Assembly: GCA_963662795.1 (NCBI GenBank) | Contig: OY759746.1 | Location: 672,001-736,000, forward strand | DNA: 64,000 nucleotides | Origin: Spirochaetia bacterium | GTDB taxonomy: Bacteria > Spirochaetota > Spirochaetia > CADAEX01 | Reading direction: 5' to 3' | In this document: piece after piece, positions 10,556 to 21,236 of the stretch | Layout: each line of letters begins with the position of its first letter | Numbering within the stretch: the first letter of the stretch is position 1 | Notes under the pieces: model-generated | Databases searched by the model: none | Seen by the model: only the letters and a program-made list of their open reading frames with translations | What the model was told of the DNA's origin: nothing | Translations under genes and position numbers: made by a program

Positions 10556-12094
10556 TTAATTTTTAATCTGTCTTATCGTATCGATAATAGTGCCGTCCCT
10601 GTATTCGACAAGGGCTACAATCTTTTTCTCAAACTGTATCTGCTCAGGCCGTCCGACTATTTTTTCCGCCTTGTTTTTAAGCTCATCAATTGAATAGACG
10701 GGAAGCTTGCAGCTCTTAAGCCTTTCCATGATTTCAGGGCGCCTGGGATTTACAGCTATACCCCTGTCCGTGACAAGCACATCGACTGTGGAGCCGGGAG
10801 TAATAACGGTCTGTACGCTGTCAATTACAGTGGCAGTTCTTCCCCGCACTAAAGGGGCCACTATTATGGAAAGGCCTGAACCGACGGCAGTATCAGAATG
10901 ACCTCCTGATGCTCCCCTGATTATTCCGTCGGAGCCTGTTATTACATTAACATTAAAGTCCTTGTCTATCTCAAGAGCGCTTAATATTACAACGTTGAGC
11001 TTGTTGACAGCGCACCCCTTGTTAAGGGGATTGGCATAATAGGATGCGTCAATTTCCGTGTGATAGCGGTTTTCACCTATTGATCTTATCGCCTCTCCGT
11101 CAAAGCTCTGCACATCAAGGAGCCTTCCTATAAATCCGTCCTCGTGCAGCTTTACCATCGGGCCTGAAATACCTCCAAGAGCCCATCTTGCCTTTACATT
11201 TCTCTCTTCCATATATTCCCGCAGGAACCTTGTTACGGCAACGGAAGCTCCGCCGGAGCCTGTCTGGAGCGAAAATCCGTTTTCGAAATATCCTGAGTTG
11301 ACCACAACTTCCGATACAAGCTTTGCAAGGAGAAGGTCGCGCGGGTTTTTTGTTATCCTTGTCGCACCTGTCGTAATTCCCCTGGGATCCCCCACCGAAT
11401 CAACAGCTACAATGTAATCAACCATATCCTGATGGATCGAGAACGGGGTATTGGGATACTCGACAATGTTGTCTGTTATGAGTACCACATTTTTGGCAAA
11501 CCCTGCGTCGACCATTGCATACCCCAATGATCCGCATGCGGATTTGCCGGTATAGCCGTTTGCGTTCCCGTATACGTCGCATGAGGGTACCCCGAGAAAT
11601 GCTACATCTATCACAATCTGACCTGACTCAATTGCCCTGGCCCTTCCGCCGTGGGAATGGATAAGTACCGGTGTTTCCATGATTCCGTTTGAGACTGCCT
11701 CTGCAAGTTCTCCCCGCAGTCCCGAAGTTATTATCCTCTTTATGACTTTATTTTTTATATGTTTTACAAGCGGAGCGTGCACATCGGAGAGCGAGCTTGC
11801 CGCAATCGTGATATCCTTTATCCCCATATTGGCAATAACGTCCATAACCATGTTTACTATTCTGTCGCCGCTTCTGAAGTGGTGATGAAAAGATATTGTC
11901 ATGCCGTCCTTAAGAGCGGTTTTTATTATAACCTGTTCAATTGTATCAACAAGTTTATTCAATTTGGGAAGCTGCCTGTTCCCCTTGTCTTTCTTTACAA
12001 GAGGAGTATATTCATAAGCTCCCCTGAAGGGAGTAAGTATTCCTATGTTATCAACCTTTTCAGGTATTTTTCTTCCAAGCGTGTTTTCTGTCAC
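10556..12094 (-). CDS. citF: Citrate lyase alpha subunit (citrate:acetyl-ACP transferase)
   Basis: ISFHHHFRSGD, SHGGRARAI, QTGSGG and GASGGHSD motifs; follows citD-citE. GTG start. Confidence 0.97.
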   Translation of the reverse strand: MTENTLGRKIPEKVDNIGILTPFRGAYEYTPLVKKDKGNRQLPKLNKLVDTIEQVIIKTALKDGMTISFHHHFRSGDRIVNMVMDVIANMGIKDITIAASSLSDVHAPLVKHIKNKVIKRIITSGLRGELAEAVSNGIMETPVLIHSHGGRARAIESGQIVIDVAFLGVPSCDVYGNANGYTGKSACGSLGYAMVDAGFAKNVVLITDNIVEYPNTPFSIHQDMVDYIVAVDSVGDPRGITTGATRITKNPRDLLLAKLVSEVVVNSGYFENGFSLQTGSGGASVAVTRFLREYMEERNVKARWALGGISGPMVKLHEDGFIGRLLDVQSFDGEAIRSIGENRYHTEIDASYYANPLNKGCAVNKLNVVILSALEIDKDFNVNVITGSDGIIRGASGGHSDTAVGSGLSIIVAPLVRGRTATVIDSVQTVITPGSTVDVLVTDRGIAVNPRRPEIMERLKSCKLPVYSIDELKNKAEKIVGRPEQIQFEKKIVALVEYRDGTIIDTIRQIKN

Positions 12095-12991
12095 TTATTC
12101 CTCCCTGCTTGCAGGAATAGTCATTCCTGAGGCTTTTGCAAGTTCAATTATTCTTTCCGCCCGCTCGACAATGGGTTTGTCAACCATTTTTCCGTTGACA
12201 GCTATTACTCCGGATGATTTAGCCTCTGCCTCTTTTATTCCATCAACAACCTGCAGCGCGTGTTCCAGTTCTTCCCGTGCAGGGGCGAATATCCTGTTTA
12301 CAGGATCTATCTGACGGGGACTGATTATTGACTTGCCGTCAAAGCCGAGCTGCTTTATCAGGCTCACTTCCCTGACAAAACCTTCCTCATTGTTAAGATC
12401 TGTATAAACGGTATCAAGTGCGTATATTCCTGCCGCCCGTGCAGCGTTTACTATCATGCTCCTTGCGAAAAGAAGTTCCGTCCCGTCATCGTAGCGCCTT
12501 GTTTTCATGCTTGTAACGTAATCCTCTGCTCCAAGCGCGATCCCTATAAGACGGCTGCTTGAAACTGCGATTGCATAGGCGTTTAAGACTCCTTTTGGGG
12601 TTTCAATTGCTGCCATAAGCTTTATTGTGCCGGCCACGATTCCAAGCTTCTTCTCTTCCTTCCCGACAAGCTCCTCGACATCAAGCAGATCCTGTGCAGT
12701 TTCTGTTTTCGGAAGTCTTATAACTCCCGGCCGGGCAAGTACCATCGCCTTTATGTCTTCCTTCCCGTGCGGGCTGTCAAGTGAGTTGATTCTTACCACA
12801 GTTTCTATTCCCTCATAATCCTGTGTACGAAGCGCTTTATACACCAGAAAGCGGGCGGCGTCTTTTTCATTTACGCTTACGGAATCCTCAAGATCAAACA
12901 TTATTGAATCAGATCTGTATATCTGCGCGTCCTTTACCATTCCGGCGTTATTGCCCGGTACATAAAGCATTGTTCTTCTAAGTTTCTGCAT
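12095..12991 (-). CDS. citE: Citrate lyase beta subunit (citryl-ACP lyase)
   Basis: RRTMLYVPG, FDLEDSV, IETPKG and GAEDY motifs. Confidence 0.96.
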   Translation of the reverse strand: MQKLRRTMLYVPGNNAGMVKDAQIYRSDSIMFDLEDSVSVNEKDAARFLVYKALRTQDYEGIETVVRINSLDSPHGKEDIKAMVLARPGVIRLPKTETAQDLLDVEELVGKEEKKLGIVAGTIKLMAAIETPKGVLNAYAIAVSSSRLIGIALGAEDYVTSMKTRRYDDGTELLFARSMIVNAARAAGIYALDTVYTDLNNEEGFVREVSLIKQLGFDGKSIISPRQIDPVNRIFAPAREELEHALQVVDGIKEAEAKSSGVIAVNGKMVDKPIVERAERIIELAKASGMTIPASREE

Positions 12992-13284
12992 CAGATTTTC
13001 TCCCAGCTGTAGGATGTTATCCCGCAGGCCCTGTAAACAGCTGCGGCAAGCCGGGCTTCAATTGTGCAGTCAAGGGCGCCTTTGTCATTAAGCTGTACCA
13101 CAGCTTCATCAATGCCAAGTACTTCAAGTTTTTCCTTTACTACTTTTTTTATCTGGCTTCCGAACTGCCTCTCTACAATACTCTGAAGAAGTATTTCAAC
13201 CCCTTCCCCCGGGTTTTCCCTTACCGTGACAAGGACATCGCTTGACTCAAGGGTTCCGGCCATTCCGGTTTTCACTACTTTCAT
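12991..13284 (-). CDS. citD: Citrate lyase acyl carrier protein (gamma subunit)
   Basis: AGTLESSD prosthetic-group Ser motif, DKGALDC; 97 aa. Confidence 0.96.
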   Translation of the reverse strand: MKVVKTGMAGTLESSDVLVTVRENPGEGVEILLQSIVERQFGSQIKKVVKEKLEVLGIDEAVVQLNDKGALDCTIEARLAAAVYRACGITSYSWEKI

Positions 13285-13327
13285 TTTATAGACCTCTTAT
13301 TTTCTTCAAAATCTGATTCGCGCTTAT

Positions 13328-14812
13328 TTATACAGCGGTTTTATCCTTTTTGCGTAAATAGGGAGAAATAAAAGCAATAAGTGAAATAATTAAAATCACA
13401 AGAGAAATCGGCCTGGTTACAAAACCGAGCCAGCTTCCATCCCCGATTATCAGCTGTTTTCTAAGTGAGTTCTCAGCTATACCGCCGAGAATAAGGCCGA
13501 GAATAAAGGCAGAATTTGAATATTTAAAATGGTCAAATAAATATCCGATAAATCCGAATCCGAACATTATAAGAACATCATAGAAGCTGTTCTGAAGGGA
13601 ATAGGCACCCACTGTCCCGAGGAGAATGATAAGAGTTCCAAGCAGAGGATAAGGCAATTTCAGGATTCTCGCAAATTCCCTGGTCATGAATCTTCCTCCC
13701 AGAAAAAGCAGCAGCGAGGCAATAATTATTGATATAAAGACTGAATTAAGAAGAATAGGCTGATCCTTGAAAAGAAGAGGGCCGGGCCGGAGGCCGTGAA
13801 TCATAAAAGCTGCCATGATTACCGCGGCAGTCGGGCTTCCGGGAATACCGAGAACAAGAGTAGGCACCATTGATCCGCCGACAGCAGCGTTATTCGCGCT
13901 TTCAGGTGCTATGATGCCTTCCGGCTTGCCCTTGCCGAACTCATCAGGATTTTTACTAGACCGCACCGCTTCGCTGTACGCGACAAGCGATGCTATTGAA
14001 CCGCCTGCAGCTGGAATAATTCCAATAACTGTTCCGATTATTGATGACTTGACAAATGTAGCCCACATTTTAAGCATGGCCGATATCTTTTCAAGTTTTA
14101 ATGATATTTTATTTTCAGTAATCAGGTCTGAACTTCTGCTTGCTGTATCGCGGATATTTTTAAAAACTTCTGCAAGTGCAAAAACGCCGATCATTACAGG
14201 TATATAGCTTATACCATTCATCAGGAAAGGCTGGCCGAATGTAAAACGGTTTGATCCATTAATCGGGTCAATACCAATTGTTGAAAATAAAAGGCCGAGA
14301 ATTGCTGAAAGAAGTGATTTAAGCTGGTTTTTTGCACCCAGGCTTGTAATGCAGCTTAAGCCCAGCAGTGCAAGCATAAAATATTCGGCGCTCTGAAACC
14401 TTAAGGCAAGTTTTGCAAGCAAAGGGGCGCTCAAAACCATCATAAATGCAGAAAATATACCGCCGAAGGATGATGCAGTTACCGCAAGTCCTAAAGCCCT
14501 TCCTGATTCACCGCGGAGAGACATGGGATACCCGTCAAATGTTGTTGCAACTGCCTCAGGTGTACCGGGGATGCGGAGAAGTATTGCGGAAATTGAACCT
14601 CCGCAGGCACCTCCTACATAGACTGAAACCAGCGTGACAATTGCTGTAACAGGATTCATTGCATATGTAAAAGGCAATACAAGAATAATTGCCATTGATG
14701 AACTTAAACCAGGCAGCGCGCCGCATACCATTCCAAAAATAGTACCGCCCAGTAAAAGTGCAAAATTAAGCGGATTTGCCATGAAAATAATTGATTGTAG
14801 CAAAATTTCCAA
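13328..14812 (-). CDS. tctA: Tripartite tricarboxylate transporter large permease
   Basis: GALPGL, IPGTP, FDGYP, ESANNA and LGIPGS motifs; multi-TM. Confidence 0.93.
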   Translation of the reverse strand: MEILLQSIIFMANPLNFALLLGGTIFGMVCGALPGLSSSMAIILVLPFTYAMNPVTAIVTLVSVYVGGACGGSISAILLRIPGTPEAVATTFDGYPMSLRGESGRALGLAVTASSFGGIFSAFMMVLSAPLLAKLALRFQSAEYFMLALLGLSCITSLGAKNQLKSLLSAILGLLFSTIGIDPINGSNRFTFGQPFLMNGISYIPVMIGVFALAEVFKNIRDTASRSSDLITENKISLKLEKISAMLKMWATFVKSSIIGTVIGIIPAAGGSIASLVAYSEAVRSSKNPDEFGKGKPEGIIAPESANNAAVGGSMVPTLVLGIPGSPTAAVIMAAFMIHGLRPGPLLFKDQPILLNSVFISIIIASLLLFLGGRFMTREFARILKLPYPLLGTLIILLGTVGAYSLQNSFYDVLIMFGFGFIGYLFDHFKYSNSAFILGLILGGIAENSLRKQLIIGDGSWLGFVTRPISLVILIISLIAFISPYLRKKDKTAV

Positions 14813-14851
14813 AATAAAACCTCCTGCTTTTATAAACCAAAAGCATTACTG

Positions 14852-15334
14852 CTAATAAATGAAATAACTTAATTCCCGTAAAAATCCAATTCCGCGCGGA
14901 AGCGGGACATAAAACAGTTTGCCGAAAAGAATTACAAAGATTGCTGTAACAATTGATGAATAAAGCAGTAAAAGCAGGTTTTTTTTGTAACCCATAGACC
15001 TGGCCGCGCTCAGTGAGTATAAGAATGTTGTCAGGATATAGCCGGTAATATTAAGCAATGAAATATATGCTGTAAACAGAACAATATTTAATACTATAGT
15101 TTTTCCCGAACCGGTACTAAAATCAATAATTTTAATTTTGGAATATTCTTTTTTCCGGAATTGAATAATTATTATAACTGCTAAAATAATTATTCCAATT
15201 ATTATAAGTAATGCAGGGAAACCGCTGGATTTCAGTAAATCTCCATCAACTGAATCATTTCTGAAAGTTGCTGAAACAAAAAGCATCGCAGCAAGGAATA
15301 CTCCAACCGCGATATTAAACACCTGTTCTCCCAT
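14852..15334 (-). CDS. tctB: Tripartite tricarboxylate transporter small permease
   Basis: 4-TM protein of 160 aa ending ...VPLPRG, located between tctC and tctA. Confidence 0.88.
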   Translation of the reverse strand: MGEQVFNIAVGVFLAAMLFVSATFRNDSVDGDLLKSSGFPALLIIIGIIILAVIIIIQFRKKEYSKIKIIDFSTGSGKTIVLNIVLFTAYISLLNITGYILTTFLYSLSAARSMGYKKNLLLLLYSSIVTAIFVILFGKLFYVPLPRGIGFLRELSYFIY

Positions 15335-15441
15335 AAATCCTCCTGTCTGGTTATCTGCATGATTTTTAAATAAGAAATGCCGCAGCCATGTATAAATTGA
15401 ACTGCAATTTAAGGCAGCCGCGGCAGCATAATTTTTTTAAT

Positions 15442-16446
15442 TTATTTTATTAATCCGCTTTTCGTGAATATTGTAACATATCCCTGATATTCAGCGTCCC
15501 ACATCTTTGCAAAATCATCAGCTTTGGCATAGCCCGGCCTGATATTTGTCATTGCTTTCTCTTCCATCGCCTTATAGCCGGGATCCTCATAAGCTTTCTG
15601 CAGCGCATCAATAAGAATTGCCTTGACATCAGCAGGTACTCCTTTCCTGATTGCGAAACCTCTCCATGATCCCTGTGTAAAATTGATTCCAAGTTCCACT
15701 GAGCATGGAAGGTCTTTAATTTCCGCAACCTGTGTAAGTCTGGTATCGTTAAGGACTGCCAGCGGCCTTATGTCGCCTGACGCAACAAGCGGAAGAAAGG
15801 AAATCAATTTATCCTGGTAAACATCAAGCTCTCCTCCAAGAACAGCTGCCTTGATCTCAGAACCTGACTTATAAGGAACATATGTCCATTCAATTCCGGC
15901 CGCTTCGGAAAATCCGCTCTGCATATAATCATCAAGACCGCCTGGTGATAATCCGCCGATTTTCAGTTTTTTGGGATTTTCTTTTGCGAACGCTCTCAAC
16001 TCCTCAAATGTTTTAAACGGGCTTTTTGCCGCTACTCCGATCAGCTGCACATCTGCCTGGACCTTAAGCAGGGGTTCAAAATTTTCACGGAAATTTATCT
16101 GACTTGCCTTGAGAGCTTCCTTGATAAGAAGTGAAGGAGTTATTTCAAGAATAGTGTAACCGTCAGCAGGTGCGTTATAAGCATATGTCATTCCCTCAAC
16201 TGTGCCTGCGCCGCCCTTGTTGATGGCTGTGATCGGCTTTCCAAGATATTTTTCAGCGAGCTGCGCATACTGTCTTGCAAAAATATCACTGGCTCCTCCT
16301 GCTCCGAACGGGATAACCATTTCCACAGGCCTTTTTGGAAAATCTGTCTTCAGCGCTGCTGCGCTTCCCGCTTCACACTTTCCGCCGGCATAAAGCATGG
16401 CGCCTGCTAAAGTCAAAATCAGTAAAAATAGAATTGATTTTTTCAT
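15442..16446 (-). CDS. tctC: Tripartite tricarboxylate transporter substrate-binding protein (Bug/TctC)
   Basis: FPKRPVEMVIPFGAGGASD, ADGYT and VPYKSG motifs; signal peptide. Confidence 0.92.
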   Translation of the reverse strand: MKKSILFLLILTLAGAMLYAGGKCEAGSAAALKTDFPKRPVEMVIPFGAGGASDIFARQYAQLAEKYLGKPITAINKGGAGTVEGMTYAYNAPADGYTILEITPSLLIKEALKASQINFRENFEPLLKVQADVQLIGVAAKSPFKTFEELRAFAKENPKKLKIGGLSPGGLDDYMQSGFSEAAGIEWTYVPYKSGSEIKAAVLGGELDVYQDKLISFLPLVASGDIRPLAVLNDTRLTQVAEIKDLPCSVELGINFTQGSWRGFAIRKGVPADVKAILIDALQKAYEDPGYKAMEEKAMTNIRPGYAKADDFAKMWDAEYQGYVTIFTKSGLIK

Positions 16447-16464
16447 TAGTTTCTCCTCTTTGAA

Positions 16465-17601
16465 TTATTTATAATATACTGTACCTTGCATGATCAGCCT
16501 GGCTGTCCTGTAGCCTACTGCCCACGCAATATTCAGATCACCCTTATTTTCCCGTTCAGCAATTACCCCTGCAGGAATAATGCCTCCGGGATGCCCGATC
16601 AATACTGATTCCGGATTAAAACCGGATTTTATAAATCTGTTTACTATTGTACCCTCAATTACCGCGGCTCCTGCCGTACAGAGGGCGCCGGTAAGGGCGT
16701 ATGTCTTGTGTGTCTTCTGCATTGACATCATTCTTCCGGTTATATCAATTTCTTCTTTTGATATTTTAATACCTGATGCTGAGGTATAACTTTTGGATTC
16801 TGAAATGATTGTCATTTTAGGAACTGCGGGTGATTTGACAGAAGACTGATCAGGATCATCAATAAATCCCAATAGGTGTGCAGCTACCCCCCTTATTCTT
16901 TCAATCCGTTCAAGCATGGCAGGATTTGAGTCAATTGCATCAGGCAGTTCTGTCCCTTCAAGTCCTGCATCTTCCGCTTTAACAAATACAGCCGGATTTG
17001 TGACATCAACAATAGATATTCCGATCTTTCCGATTCCCTTAACATCAATAATGTCATAAGGACTCCCGGTAGGCAGAAGTGTCCCGGTAACCGCGCCTGC
17101 AGGATTCATAAAAGCCAGTTTGATTTTTGAAGCTGTTCCCGGAACACCTGATATTGAAAAATCACCGTAATACTCTACCCGCCCGCCGGGTGTCGGAACA
17201 TAGGAATGAATAATCTTGTTGGTATTTGTATTATATATTCTTACCACTGTTTCAGGGTTTACTGCTTCTACAAGGCCTGCCTCAAGTGCATAGGGACCTA
17301 CTGCTGAAGACATATTGCCGCAGTTGCCGTTATAGTCAACTATAGGTTTGTCTATTGATACCTGCGCGAAAGTATAATCCACATCAGCATCTGCCCTCTC
17401 TGATCTGGAAATAATCGCAACCTTGCTTGTCGTGGATACAGCGCCGCCCAATCCGTCTATCTGCCGGATATCCGGGCTTCCCATAACGCTTAATAAAAGA
17501 GAATCACGGCTGCCGCCTTTTTCAGGAAGCAGCTCTTCCCGGAAAAAAACTCCCCTGCTTGTGCCGCCCCTGAAAATTGTACATTCAATCTTTTTCATCA
17601 T
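16465..17601 (-). CDS. prpF: PrpF family isomerase (aconitate/2-methylaconitate cis-trans isomerase-like)
   Basis: FRGGTSRG, MGSPD.RQIDGLGG, TSKVAI, NCGNMSSAV, SMQKTH and RTAR motifs. Confidence 0.88.
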   Translation of the reverse strand: MMKKIECTIFRGGTSRGVFFREELLPEKGGSRDSLLLSVMGSPDIRQIDGLGGAVSTTSKVAIISRSERADADVDYTFAQVSIDKPIVDYNGNCGNMSSAVGPYALEAGLVEAVNPETVVRIYNTNTNKIIHSYVPTPGGRVEYYGDFSISGVPGTASKIKLAFMNPAGAVTGTLLPTGSPYDIIDVKGIGKIGISIVDVTNPAVFVKAEDAGLEGTELPDAIDSNPAMLERIERIRGVAAHLLGFIDDPDQSSVKSPAVPKMTIISESKSYTSASGIKISKEEIDITGRMMSMQKTHKTYALTGALCTAGAAVIEGTIVNRFIKSGFNPESVLIGHPGGIIPAGVIAERENKGDLNIAWAVGYRTARLIMQGTVYYK

Positions 17602-17630
17602 ATTACTTCACCCTTAATTTCTTTATCAGT

Positions 17631-19562
17631 TTAACGGCCGCCGGCAGATGCATAATTAAGTGCGCCGCCGGAGAGAATTATTTCTTTCTGTCTTTTTGTG
17701 AGATTACAGACAGTATTGATTTCCAGACCCTTAGTAATGTTTTTTACAACAACATTTTCCCGGTCAGTAAGTAAATCAAGATTATCAATTTCAATCCTGT
17801 CGCCTGTCTCAATTTTTTCATAATCGTTTTCGTTTTGAAAAAGAAGCTGAAGAATGCCGAAATTAACAAGATTCGCGGAATGGATCCGCTCAACACTTTT
17901 AGCCAGCAGGACCCTTACACCCAGATGCATCGGGCATATGGCAGCATGCTCACGCGATGAACCCTGCCCGTAACTTAACCCGGCAATAATAACTGAGTGC
18001 AGACCTTCTGCAGAATTATTTTTACAACGTCCGGCGAAGTCAGGATCAATATTATGAAAAACATATTCAGAATATTTAGGAATATTTGATCTGTATTTCA
18101 GATACTGGCCTGCAGGCATTATATGATCTGTAGTAATCTTGTCCCCAACTTTTATGGCAGCGGCTGCTTTTAAATTTGCAGGCATCCCGGTATTTACCGG
18201 AGGATTACCGATATTTGGACCTCTGAAAACTTTAATTTCTTTTCTGCATGACGGTTCTATAATCAGCCCGTCGTCAATTATGAATTTTTCAGGCACTGAT
18301 ACTGAAGGATAAGGGATATCAAGACTTCGGGGATCAGTAATTACACCTTTAAGTGCGGATGCAGCTGCAATTTCAGGACTTACAAGATATACCTGCGCAT
18401 CTTTAGTGCCGCTTCTCCCTTCAAAATTTCTGTTGTTTGTACGAAGCGATACACCGCCGCTCTGCGGAGCCTGTCCGCAGCCGACACAAAAACCGCATGT
18501 AGTCTCAAGAATTCTCGCCCCCGCCTTTAAAAGGCTTCCCAGGCTCCCGTCATGTGCAGCCATTGCAAGAACCTGTTTTGAACCTGGCGCCAAACCAAAA
18601 CTTATCTCAGGATGAACCCTGCGCCCTGCAAGTATCCCGGCAATTACTGAAACATCCCTGTATGATGAATTTGTACAGCTGCCGGCAAGCACCTGATTGA
18701 CTTTAAGGCCTTCAATTTCACTTACCCGGCACACGTTATCCGGAGAATGCGGACAGGCTGCCATAGGTTCAATATTATCAAGCTCAATATCAATGATCCG
18801 GCTGTATAATGCATCAGCATCCGGCAATAGGGGCTTCCACTGATTTTCCCTGCCCTGGGCTTTGAAAAACTGCCCTGTTACTTCATCGCTCGGGAAAACC
18901 GAGGTCGTGACTCCCAGTTCGGCGCCCATATTTGATATTGTAGCCCGCTCAGGCACGCTCAAAGTCGGCAGACCTGAACCGCCGTATTCAAGGACTTTAC
19001 CGACATTCCCCTTTGTTGTAAGGAGTTTTAAAATCTGAAGTATTATATCTTTTGCAGAACACCAGGGTTTAAGATTACCGTTAAGATTAATCCTGATTAC
19101 CTGCGGATAGACAAAATAGTAAGGCCCTCCAGCCATAGCCACCGCTACATCAAGGCCCCCGACTCCCATTGCTGCCATTGCAGCTGCGCCGCATGTCGGA
19201 GTGTGGCTGTCAGAGCCTATCAGAACAGCACCCGACCGGCTGAAGCGCTCAAGGTGGACCTGATGGCATATCCCGTTACCGGGTTTTGAAAATTTTATCC
19301 CATACCTGTCTGCCGCAGTCTGTAAATACATATGGTCATCAGCATTTTCAAATCCATCCTGAAGAGTGTTATGATCAACATAAGAGACAGATTCGGTTTT
19401 TACCCTGTCTACATTCATGGATTCAAACTGCAGGTAAGCCATTGTGCCAAGCGCATCCTGGGTAAGAGTTTGGTCAACCTTTATACTGATTTCATTTCCC
19501 GGGATCATTTTTCCTGAAACAAGGTGTTCTGAGATTATTTTTTCAAATATGTTAAGACCCAT
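17631..19562 (-). CDS. Aconitate hydratase (compact ~640-aa type)
   Basis: DHN, GICHQVH, GSDSHT, GSCTN, CGFCVG, NRNFEGR, TTDHI and GSSREHA motifs. Confidence 0.93.
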   Translation of the reverse strand: MGLNIFEKIISEHLVSGKMIPGNEISIKVDQTLTQDALGTMAYLQFESMNVDRVKTESVSYVDHNTLQDGFENADDHMYLQTAADRYGIKFSKPGNGICHQVHLERFSRSGAVLIGSDSHTPTCGAAAMAAMGVGGLDVAVAMAGGPYYFVYPQVIRINLNGNLKPWCSAKDIILQILKLLTTKGNVGKVLEYGGSGLPTLSVPERATISNMGAELGVTTSVFPSDEVTGQFFKAQGRENQWKPLLPDADALYSRIIDIELDNIEPMAACPHSPDNVCRVSEIEGLKVNQVLAGSCTNSSYRDVSVIAGILAGRRVHPEISFGLAPGSKQVLAMAAHDGSLGSLLKAGARILETTCGFCVGCGQAPQSGGVSLRTNNRNFEGRSGTKDAQVYLVSPEIAAASALKGVITDPRSLDIPYPSVSVPEKFIIDDGLIIEPSCRKEIKVFRGPNIGNPPVNTGMPANLKAAAAIKVGDKITTDHIMPAGQYLKYRSNIPKYSEYVFHNIDPDFAGRCKNNSAEGLHSVIIAGLSYGQGSSREHAAICPMHLGVRVLLAKSVERIHSANLVNFGILQLLFQNENDYEKIETGDRIEIDNLDLLTDRENVVVKNITKGLEINTVCNLTKRQKEIILSGGALNYASAGGR

Positions 19563-19656
19563 AGAACAGGTACCTCCATGGCAGTAAACCGAATTATATT
19601 TTTTACGTTAACATGGCAATATCAATAAGTAAAATATTATATTTTTATTGCTTTCC

Positions 19657-19671
19657 ATAAAAATATTTTAT
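19657..19671. promoter_or_regulatory. LysR-type T-N11-A recognition site in the divergent aconitase/lysR promoter
   Basis: ATAA-AAATATT-TTAT (ATAA-N7-TTAT) just upstream of the lysR start. The region is AT-rich, so support is moderate. Confidence 0.5.
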
Positions 19672-19696
19672 ATCATCTCGCAGGGGGAGATGAATT

Positions 19697-20578
19697 ATGG
19701 ATGAACGGGACTGGATAATGCTTAAAACAATCGCAGATGAGAAAAGTATTACAAAAACCGCGGAAAAACTGTATATATCTCAGCCGGCAATTACGTACAG
19801 GCTCCGGGCAATGGAAAACGAGTTTAAGTGTAAAATAGTTTTCAGGACTTCCAATGGAGTAATGCTCACTCCCCAGGGAGAATTCCTCCTTTCCCATGTC
19901 AGGGAGATGATTCTCAAACTTACAAAAACAAAAGAGCGGGTACAGAGCATAAGCGGCAAGGTAAGCGGACCGCTGCGCATAGGATCATCCGCAATTTTTG
20001 CAGCCTTTATACTGCCGGATCTTCTGCAGGGATTTCTGGAAAAATATCCCGAAGTTGAAATATTTCTCAATACAGGAAGAAGCAGGGAAGTAACAAAAAT
20101 GCTCGGCAATGAGGAAGTTGCAGTTGCTATAGTCCGGGGCGATTATCCATGGAAAGAGAAAAAACTTTTTTTGCGCGAGGAAAATATCTGTCTTGTCTCG
20201 TGTGCCAGGCTTGAAATTGAGGAACTGCCTGAAAAACCCAGGATTATATACAGCACCGATTCGTCGCTGCAGAAAATGGTTGATGACTGGTGGCATGAAA
20301 CCTTTTTCAAGCCGTCTTATGTATCGATGGCAGTGGATACCATGGATATCTGCCGCAGGATGGTAAAAAAGAACCTGGGCTGGGCAATTCTGCCTGATAT
20401 CGGTATGAGCGAGCTTGGCGGGATTCATAAAACAAATCTTTACTGGAAAGACGGGAAGCCTGTAGCGAGGCGTACATGGCTTTACTGCCACAATTATTCA
20501 CTTGAGCTGCCAGCCGTAACAGCGTTCATCGCATATCTGGAAGAAAACATCAGCACGATTCAGGAAAAATATTCATGA
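19697..20578 (+). CDS. LysR family transcriptional regulator
   Basis: N-terminal SITKTAEKLYISQPAIT HTH, 293 aa; divergent from the tricarboxylate operon. Confidence 0.95.
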   Translation: MDERDWIMLKTIADEKSITKTAEKLYISQPAITYRLRAMENEFKCKIVFRTSNGVMLTPQGEFLLSHVREMILKLTKTKERVQSISGKVSGPLRIGSSAIFAAFILPDLLQGFLEKYPEVEIFLNTGRSREVTKMLGNEEVAVAIVRGDYPWKEKKLFLREENICLVSCARLEIEELPEKPRIIYSTDSSLQKMVDDWWHETFFKPSYVSMAVDTMDICRRMVKKNLGWAILPDIGMSELGGIHKTNLYWKDGKPVARRTWLYCHNYSLELPAVTAFIAYLEENISTIQEKYS

Positions 20579-20590
20579 CTTTTATTCAGG

Positions 20591-21220
20591 TTATTCAATC
20601 TGCAGATCCCCTGCAATATCAATGCTGCAGTTGTAGTCTGCAGGGGATGTTTTTGAATTAAAGGCAATCACAGGTACCAGGCCTTCCTGGATTGAGCTAT
20701 GGGAGGGTACAGATATATATGCATCAAATATTCAATTATGAAAACATACTGGATATCTGATCCCTTTTCTTATATTGTTTGATGAAGGGCGCGGTAAAGC
20801 AGGTGGTTAATAGACGCTGAATAAATTTTTTCAGCCCTGTCGGTTTTACACACAAGTCCGCAATTGGATCCCCGGCAGATACGAAAAAAGAGATTCCCTG
20901 TTTCAGTTTCATTTTTGGTTTGTTTTTTAATGTAAATACCGCAGCCTTAAGGCGACCTGTAAGCATTTTGAAAAATATTTTCAGCACAGAGGAATTCAGG
21001 CTATTTCGGATATGTACCGGCGTTATTTTCAGTAATTCCATGGACAGCAGGTCAGGCGCTGCATACTGTTAAAACGCTGTTTACATTTGAAACGGCTTTA
21101 TGACAGATAATACTTCACACTTCTTTCCTAAAGCCGGTTTTAATCTTTTGCCTGATACTGGATATATTAATAGTCAAAATATTGCCTGTTTCCGGCATCA
21201 ATTAATAATTTTCTTTTCAC
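20591..21220 (-). pseudogene. Degraded, internally deleted paralogue of the phnA-like gene at 22290-23399
   Basis: Colinear nucleotide matches to 22290-23399 (e.g. 20601-20686 vs ~22296-22382; gatgaagggcgcggta at 20781 vs 22931). It begins GTG-K-R-K-L-L-I-D-A-G vs MKRKILIAVIDAG, and is ~630 bp vs 1110 bp with frameshifts. Confidence 0.85.
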
Positions 21221-21236
21221 TACAATCTGTTGTCAT

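Noticed and set aside
20736-21041. 101-aa hypothetical gene
   Set aside because: It is a frameshifted fragment of the phnA pseudogene.
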